Assembly: GCF_000012465.1 (NCBI RefSeq)
Contig: NC_007335.2
Location: forward strand, 660,001-692,000
DNA: 32,000 bases
Reading direction: 5' to 3'
Origin: Prochlorococcus marinus str. NATL2A
GTDB taxonomy: Bacteria > Cyanobacteriota > Cyanobacteriia > PCC-6307 > Cyanobiaceae
This document shows, one piece after another, positions 26,899 to 32,000 of the stretch. The position numbers were made by a program, and so were the translations under genes. The first letter of the stretch is position 1. Each line of letters opens with the position of its first letter. The notes under the pieces were generated by a model. The model ran no database searches, had not been told where the DNA came from, and was given only the letters and a program-made list of their open reading frames with translations.

Positions 26899-27102
26899 AT
26901 GTCCACAAGTAAGAGAGAAGAAGTTAGTTCGCATTTGCGTTATATCAGGCAAGAACTTCGAGACTTGGATCAAATGCTTGGCCAATATGGCTTGTTGCCG
27001 GAGTTGTCTGAGCTGAAAGAGGTGTATAACTCTTTAGATGCTCTTCACCAATTACTTTCAGGTAAAGTTAAAAAGAAACCTAAGCCCGAGTTTGATGATT
27101 GA
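26899..27102 (+). CDS. Small helical protein, paralog B of the same uncharacterised family
   Basis: 67 aa ORF, 35/67 identical to the 23624..23848 product. The DNA is much more diverged than the protein, with many synonymous differences. Confidence 0.65.
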   Translation: MSTSKREEVSSHLRYIRQELRDLDQMLGQYGLLPELSELKEVYNSLDALHQLLSGKVKKKPKPEFDD

Positions 27103-27459
27103 TATGATTATTTTCTATTTGAAGAGAAATTTGATACTTTTTAAATTTTAATCTTTGTATTGTTCAGTTTTGACCGTGACTTGCAAAAAAATACTATCAC
27201 CAAATATAGTTAAGGAAATAATTCAACTTGTAAATTATAAAAATTGAAGAATTTATTATTAATAATGTAAAACTTAAAACCCTATGAAATTAAATTGCAA
27301 ATAATTAACTTTAAGATTATTTAAAACTCTCTATTAAATTTAATTTGGAATCAAAGTAAGGAACTGAAAAGAATAAATTTATCTGAAATTCTTATAAATC
27401 CCTCGATACTTGGACAGATTTCTTATTAATTAATATTCATATTCTCACCACTTTTTAAT

Positions 27460-28536
27460 TTAGATTTTTGTTGAAAAAATATTTTTTTCTAGTATGTCAT
27501 TAATAATTATTTCTTTAACAAATACTTGTATTACTACTGCCATTGGAATTGCTAGCAACAAACCAAGTGGACCAAAAATAATAGTAAAAATAAATTGAGC
27601 AGTAATTGTCAAACCTGGCAGTAATTTGACTTGTTTGTGCATTATTGAAGGAGTTATTACATAGCTCTCAATATTTTGAATGATTATATATAAGCCAAGA
27701 ACAGCAAGTGATTTCCATGGAGTATCTAGCAATGCAACAGAAAGTGGAAAAATAGTGCTTATCGTTGGGCCTACATTTGGTATAACATTTAATACACCAG
27801 CTATTAAAGCATTAGCGATTACAAGCTTTATTCCTAATATATAAAGTCCAATAGAGACTAGTATAGCTACACAAATTGAGCTTAGTAGAACCCCAGCCAT
27901 CCAACTACTTAAGGCATTTCCGCATCTTAATAAGATTGTTCTTGCACGCCTTCTATAAAATGATGGGACTAGTAATATGGCAACTTCTCTATATGATTGA
28001 GGCTGTAACGTTATCATTAAACCAACTGATATTATAAAGATTAATTGAAGAATTCCTATTCCAACATTACTTACTAAACCAACCAACTTTGTGATGCTAT
28101 CTGTTACAGCGTTGGCAAGACTCGCACCATCTGGAATCATACTAAGCTTATTAGTCAAGATTGATTGATCTGCTAAATCAGGAATATTGTCTTTATATAC
28201 AAGCTCAGAAAAATTTAAGAAGGTATTTATTGATAGTTCCCATAGTTTGCTTGCTGCTGAAGGTATTTGATTTATTAACTCTTGAAACTCGCTGGTGAAT
28301 TGCGGTATTATTATTACTATTGAAATACTTGAAATTAGAATTATAGAAATTATTGTTATTACTAATGATATCCACCTAGGAATTTTAAAAAAATCTCTTA
28401 TTTTACCTGTAATTGTACAAAGAGCCATAGCAATTATTATTGAAGCAAAAAATAGTATGACTATTTCTTTTAAACCCCATAAAATCAATACAGAAATAAT
28501 TAAAGCTGTTATTGATAGAAAGCTAGTCTGTTTCAA
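27460..28536 (-). CDS. AI-2E family transporter (PerM/UPF0118 permease)
   Basis: 358 aa polytopic membrane ORF. The C-terminal half (NVIPNVGPTIS...IQNIESYVITP...) is typical of the family. Confidence 0.8.
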   Translation of the reverse strand: MKQTSFLSITALIISVLILWGLKEIVILFFASIIIAMALCTITGKIRDFFKIPRWISLVITIISIILISSISIVIIIPQFTSEFQELINQIPSAASKLWELSINTFLNFSELVYKDNIPDLADQSILTNKLSMIPDGASLANAVTDSITKLVGLVSNVGIGILQLIFIISVGLMITLQPQSYREVAILLVPSFYRRRARTILLRCGNALSSWMAGVLLSSICVAILVSIGLYILGIKLVIANALIAGVLNVIPNVGPTISTIFPLSVALLDTPWKSLAVLGLYIIIQNIESYVITPSIMHKQVKLLPGLTITAQFIFTIIFGPLGLLLAIPMAVVIQVFVKEIIINDILEKNIFSTKI

Positions 28537-28545
28537 TTTAAATAA

Positions 28546-28887
28546 TTAATTCTGAGATAGGGAATTTGCATATCTTGAAGCGAAACGCATAAATCTCTCG
28601 AATTCTTCTTCTGAATTCCAATTATAGGTCGACTTAACTTCCTTAACATGATCTTCTGAAATAGATAAATCTATTTTTTTTGTTGAAAGTACACCTTCGG
28701 AATCAATTAGAAACATTCTTTGTACAGATTTATAATTCGTTAGTGTTATTGTTTTAGGTTTGTAAAATTTATATACGGCTTTACCTTTTTTGCCATCAAG
28801 GTTTCTAAATAAACGAATTTCAGGTTGATCTTTTTCGTTTTCCCCTTTAACAAATTGAATTGCAACATTCTCATTGATTTTAGTCAT
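28546..28887 (-). CDS. psb28: Photosystem II assembly/reaction-centre protein Psb28
   Basis: 113 aa ORF with IQFVKG...PEIRL...GKAVYKFYKP...MFLIDSEG...EFERFMRFASRYA, which matches Psb28 throughout. Confidence 0.9.
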   Translation of the reverse strand: MTKINENVAIQFVKGENEKDQPEIRLFRNLDGKKGKAVYKFYKPKTITLTNYKSVQRMFLIDSEGVLSTKKIDLSISEDHVKEVKSTYNWNSEEEFERFMRFASRYANSLSQN

Positions 28888-28928
28888 CTTTTCTTTTAAT
28901 TTAATTAATAGAAATTTCTTTATGAAAA

Positions 28929-29981
28929 CTATAAGGGATTGAGCTTCTCATTTAAGATTTTATTTAATGATGATTTTAGGCTTAAACCACTAAGATTAAT
29001 TGAATTTATATTAGTTGTTTTCTTAAGCTCATATTCATAACACTTGTCATAATAATCCAGCATGGATTCACAGGCTTTTGACCATTCTTTTCTTTTAATT
29101 GCCGTTAATGCCTCTTTTGTTCTTTGCGGACCTAATCTTTTACTTATTCTATTTACAGCATTATTTAATTCAGTTTGAGAATTTTGGCTATAAACATGGA
29201 CTAAATTTTTTACCCGTTCATCCTTGTCTTTAATTATTTCTATGATCGGTGCTTTTTTCATTTTTGTATACAAACTATTTGGTATACGACACTTACCTAG
29301 ATTAGAACTTTCAGCTTCAAGCCATATCTCTATTGCGCTATTTTTTTGAAAGCTATCAAGAGATTCTGCGAGAATATTTTCAAATTGTTGTGTTGAAGGC
29401 TGCTCCTTCATACCTAATGAACCAAAACTACTCCCTCTATGATTAGCGATTCCCTCTAGATCAATTACATGTATATTTTCTTCATTTATATAATTTAATA
29501 AGTCTGTTTTTCTTGTACCTGTTTTACCTCCTAAAAGTCTTATTGGTAAATCAGCCTCAAATTGATTTAGGACCCATTTTCTATAGGTTTTATATCCACC
29601 TTTTAATAAATATGTCCTAATACCTATTGTTCGAGCAAGCCAGGCAAAAGCACTAGATCTCATACCACCTCTCCAGCAATATATTCGTAATGATTTGTTT
29701 TTTCCTTCTTCTTTTGTGGTGATTTGAAGGATTATTTCTAATAGATTTTTAGCATTAGGAATGGTTACTTTTAAACCATGAAGAATTGCTTTTAAGCGAC
29801 TTTCTTTTTTATAACTTTTACCAATTGTCTCTCTTTCGCTATCAGAAAACAAAGGAATATTAACAGCACCCGGCCAATGACCTTGGTAAAATTCGCTGGG
29901 ACTTCTTACATCAATAATTGGGCTGGCTAAATTTCGAAAATCCGTAACGGGATAGCTCGAATTGGTAGGTTTCTCTGACAT
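28929..29981 (-). CDS. selU: tRNA 2-selenouridine synthase (rhodanese plus P-loop domains)
   Basis: 350 aa ORF with N-terminal rhodanese features (IDVRSPSEFYQGHWPGAVNIPL, YCWRGGMRS) followed by the P-loop GGKTGTRKT. Confidence 0.85.
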   Translation of the reverse strand: MSEKPTNSSYPVTDFRNLASPIIDVRSPSEFYQGHWPGAVNIPLFSDSERETIGKSYKKESRLKAILHGLKVTIPNAKNLLEIILQITTKEEGKNKSLRIYCWRGGMRSSAFAWLARTIGIRTYLLKGGYKTYRKWVLNQFEADLPIRLLGGKTGTRKTDLLNYINEENIHVIDLEGIANHRGSSFGSLGMKEQPSTQQFENILAESLDSFQKNSAIEIWLEAESSNLGKCRIPNSLYTKMKKAPIIEIIKDKDERVKNLVHVYSQNSQTELNNAVNRISKRLGPQRTKEALTAIKRKEWSKACESMLDYYDKCYEYELKKTTNINSINLSGLSLKSSLNKILNEKLNPL

Positions 29982-30020
29982 AGTATTAGTGCTTAGGTCA
30001 TTTTAGGCCTGCAGTTGATC

Positions 30021-30737
30021 ATGACTGAAGAAAAATCACATCCAAGCAAAGAGAGCATAGAGGAGTTCTTGGGGGCATTTAAAATGGCTTCAGAAAGGAA
30101 ACGACTCGGATTGTTAAATCGTTTAGAAGAGAGGGTTGAGGAACTTCTTGGCCTTGGATCAACTTTAATGTCTGGTTTTGATCCTGGTGTTTGTGACTGG
30201 ACTCCTGGCTTCATTTTGCAAGTTATTCATAAAACTGATAAAGATTTCATAAGAAATACTCTCAATTGCGATAACCTTTCTTGGTTCGATTCCCCATCAG
30301 ATGTTGGTTTTGATTATTCACCACTTCAGCGATTTTTGTTAAATGAAAGTTATGAGGATGCCGACCGCTTTACAAGCTCGAAACTTAGAGAACTTGCAGG
30401 AGAAAAGGCAGTAAAAAGAGGGTATGTTTATTTCTCTGAGGTTGATTCAATACCTTCTATTGATTTATCAACTTTGGATAAACTTTGGGTTGTTTATTCC
30501 AGAGGAAAATTTGGCTTTACAGTTCAAGCGAAAATATTAGATTCTTTAGGGGGAAGATATGACAAGCTTTGGCCTCGAATAGGTTGGAAAAAAGATGGCA
30601 TATGGACTAGATATCCAAAAGCATTTAATTGGTCAATTGAAGCACCTAATGGTCATATGCCGTTGGTTAATCAACTTAGAGGAGTTCGTTTGATGGATGC
30701 GTTGCTAAACCATCAAGGATTTAAAGCTAAAAGCTAA
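30021..30737 (+). CDS. GUN4-domain protein (Mg-chelatase activator-like, Ycf53)
   Basis: C-terminal GUN4 core: DSIPSIDLSTLDKLWVVYSRGKFGFTVQAKI...WPRIGW...PNGHMP. The ATG at 30021 is preferred over the in-frame TTG at 30015. Confidence 0.8.
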   Translation: MTEEKSHPSKESIEEFLGAFKMASERKRLGLLNRLEERVEELLGLGSTLMSGFDPGVCDWTPGFILQVIHKTDKDFIRNTLNCDNLSWFDSPSDVGFDYSPLQRFLLNESYEDADRFTSSKLRELAGEKAVKRGYVYFSEVDSIPSIDLSTLDKLWVVYSRGKFGFTVQAKILDSLGGRYDKLWPRIGWKKDGIWTRYPKAFNWSIEAPNGHMPLVNQLRGVRLMDALLNHQGFKAKS

Positions 30738-30867
30738 CGATTTGATTATTAATGCTTAATTTTTTTCGTAGAATACTTTTTATGACTTAAGTTGAAAAAT
30801 ATGCTTTTAACTTACATACTGATTTTTTGATCAGAAGATTAATTTACAAAGAATGTTTTAATTAATT

Positions 30868-31260
30868 GTGGATCCTTCTAAAAATTGGGCCGTATTTATT
30901 CATCCCTCTACCTTAAAACTAGCATCATTTGTTGAAACTCTTTTAGAGCCTGTAATATGTAAAGAAACTGCAAAAAAGATTGAATTGGGATTACATGAGG
31001 CTCTTGTTAATGCAGTAGTTCATGGAAACTTATCGAATCCTAATAAAGTTATTCGTGTTAGAAGAATTCTTACTCCAAACTGGATTGTTTGGCAAATCCA
31101 AGATGAAGGTTTAGGCCTAGTTGAAGATAAAAGAGTATGTTGTTTACCTTTGAATACTGATGTTAATAGTGGAAGAGGAATTTATTTAATTCATAAGTGT
31201 TTTGATGATGTGAGGTGGAGTAGAAAAGGGAATAGACTTCAGTTGTCACTAAGGAAATAA
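30868..31260 (+). CDS. Anti-sigma regulatory factor-like Ser/Thr kinase (HATPase_c, RsbW/SpoIIAB-like)
   Basis: 130 aa ORF with a GTG start, the N-box HEALVNAVVHGN and the G-box SGRGIYLIHKCFDDVRW. Confidence 0.7.
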   Translation: MDPSKNWAVFIHPSTLKLASFVETLLEPVICKETAKKIELGLHEALVNAVVHGNLSNPNKVIRVRRILTPNWIVWQIQDEGLGLVEDKRVCCLPLNTDVNSGRGIYLIHKCFDDVRWSRKGNRLQLSLRK

Positions 31261-31264
31261 GTCT

Positions 31265-31522
31265 TTAATGACTTTTACACCCTGTATCTTTTATTTCTTC
31301 TTTTATCCATAATATTGCTTGATTCAGTAAGTCTTCTATTTCTGCATCATCTCCATCATTAATTAATTGTGAAATTGCCGAAATAATTAATTCAGCGCTT
31401 CTTCTTTGTTTGTTTCCTCTGAATTTATGCCAGTTGTAATTATTAAGGCTGATTTCATTATGTAGCTCTTTCGCAAGTAATTGAATTTTTTCTGGCCAAA
31501 TGTATGTACTTTTTTTTAACAT
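31265..31522 (-). CDS. Hypothetical protein
   Basis: 85 aa ORF in a compact gene arrangement. No motif recognised. Confidence 0.45.
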   Translation of the reverse strand: MLKKSTYIWPEKIQLLAKELHNEISLNNYNWHKFRGNKQRRSAELIISAISQLINDGDDAEIEDLLNQAILWIKEEIKDTGCKSH

Positions 31523-31571
31523 AATTAGATGCGTATGTGTGATTTTTTTGACATCATTTTTTTCAATAAAG

Positions 31572-32000
31572 TCAAACTGGCTTGTTTGCTTTCCATACTT
31601 TAGTCATAAAGTGAGATTCAGAAGTTATAGATGAAAATCCACTTTTTTCTAATCTTAAGTTTATGTTATCGACGATGTAATCTCTGTAGTAAGGTTCATG
31701 AAATATTTTGTGAAAGTTTTCCATTATTGGAGTGAACTTAGGAGAATCTTCTATTTGAATGGAGTCTGCAAGAACAAGTATTCCGCCAGGTTCTAACAAT
31801 CTGAAGCATTCGTTCAAAACATTCTGGCGTGCATCTCTGGGAAGTTCGTGAAATAGAAAAACACAAGTTAATGCTTGAAAACTCGCAGATGCATAGGGCA
31901 TTTTCTCTGCATTTCCTTTGGTTAGCTGAACAAGATCACCGCTTCTGGAACTTAGATATTTACTTGCTTGCTTTAGGTATGAGCCTGATAAATCAAGACC
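31572..32000 (-). CDS. Class I SAM-dependent methyltransferase; 5' end beyond the window
   Basis: The frame stays open from the stop at 31572 to the window edge (own translation GLDLSGSYLKQASKYLSSRSGDLVQLTKGNAEKMPYASASF...). FHELPRD and LEPGGILVLAD are typical post-motif regions of Methyltransf_11-type enzymes. Confidence 0.75.
   Translation of the reverse strand, partial: GLDLSGSYLKQASKYLSSRSGDLVQLTKGNAEKMPYASASFQALTCVFLFHELPRDARQNVLNECFRLLEPGGILVLADSIQIEDSPKFTPIMENFHKIFHEPYYRDYIVDNINLRLEKSGFSSITSESHFMTKVWKANKPV

Noticed and set aside
1-32000. Search for CRISPR arrays, tRNA/tmRNA genes, integrases, transposases, IS inverted repeats, reverse transcriptases, restriction-modification genes or known defence genes
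   Set aside because: I saw no regularly spaced direct repeats, no cloverleaf-compatible segments with T-loop consensus, and no ORF with recombinase, transposase, RT, nuclease or methylase motifs. The islet therefore cannot be called a mobile element or defence island from this sequence.

Overview
The window looks like chromosome from a low-GC marine picocyanobacterium. It is Prochlorococcus-like by gene content (psb28, GUN4, ctpA, ispG, nadA, aroB, purK, selU), very AT-rich spacers, and frequent TTG/GTG starts. All calls come from reading the sequence and ORF translations by eye; no searches were run.

Layout:
- 1-13.5 kb and 27.4-32 kb are tightly packed housekeeping genes.
- Directly after purK lies a structured, GC-richer segment that I call a 6S RNA (ssrS) candidate.
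- About 13.7-23.9 kb is an AT-rich, gene-poor islet. It holds orphan small ORFs, a 2.7 kb stretch with no ORF of 60 aa or more, a nucleoside 2-deoxyribosyltransferase gene and a divergent MTHFR-like gene.
- About 23.6-27.1 kb is a module of a HI0933-type flavoprotein, a DoxX protein and a small membrane protein. It is bracketed by two divergently oriented paralogous 67-74 aa helical proteins and contains two long perfect palindromes (41 bp and 58 bp).

I found no CRISPR array, tRNA, integrase, transposase, or recognisable defence or toxin hallmark.

The best candidates for something undescribed are:
- the paralog-flanked, palindrome-containing flavoprotein/DoxX module;
- the small helical protein family itself (two or three copies);
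- an 11-residue-repeat protein next to the 6S candidate;
- the NDT plus MTHFR-like gene pair;
- several candidate structured RNAs and mini-proteins in the ORF-free stretch.

None of these is strong enough to call a defined multi-gene system from sequence alone.
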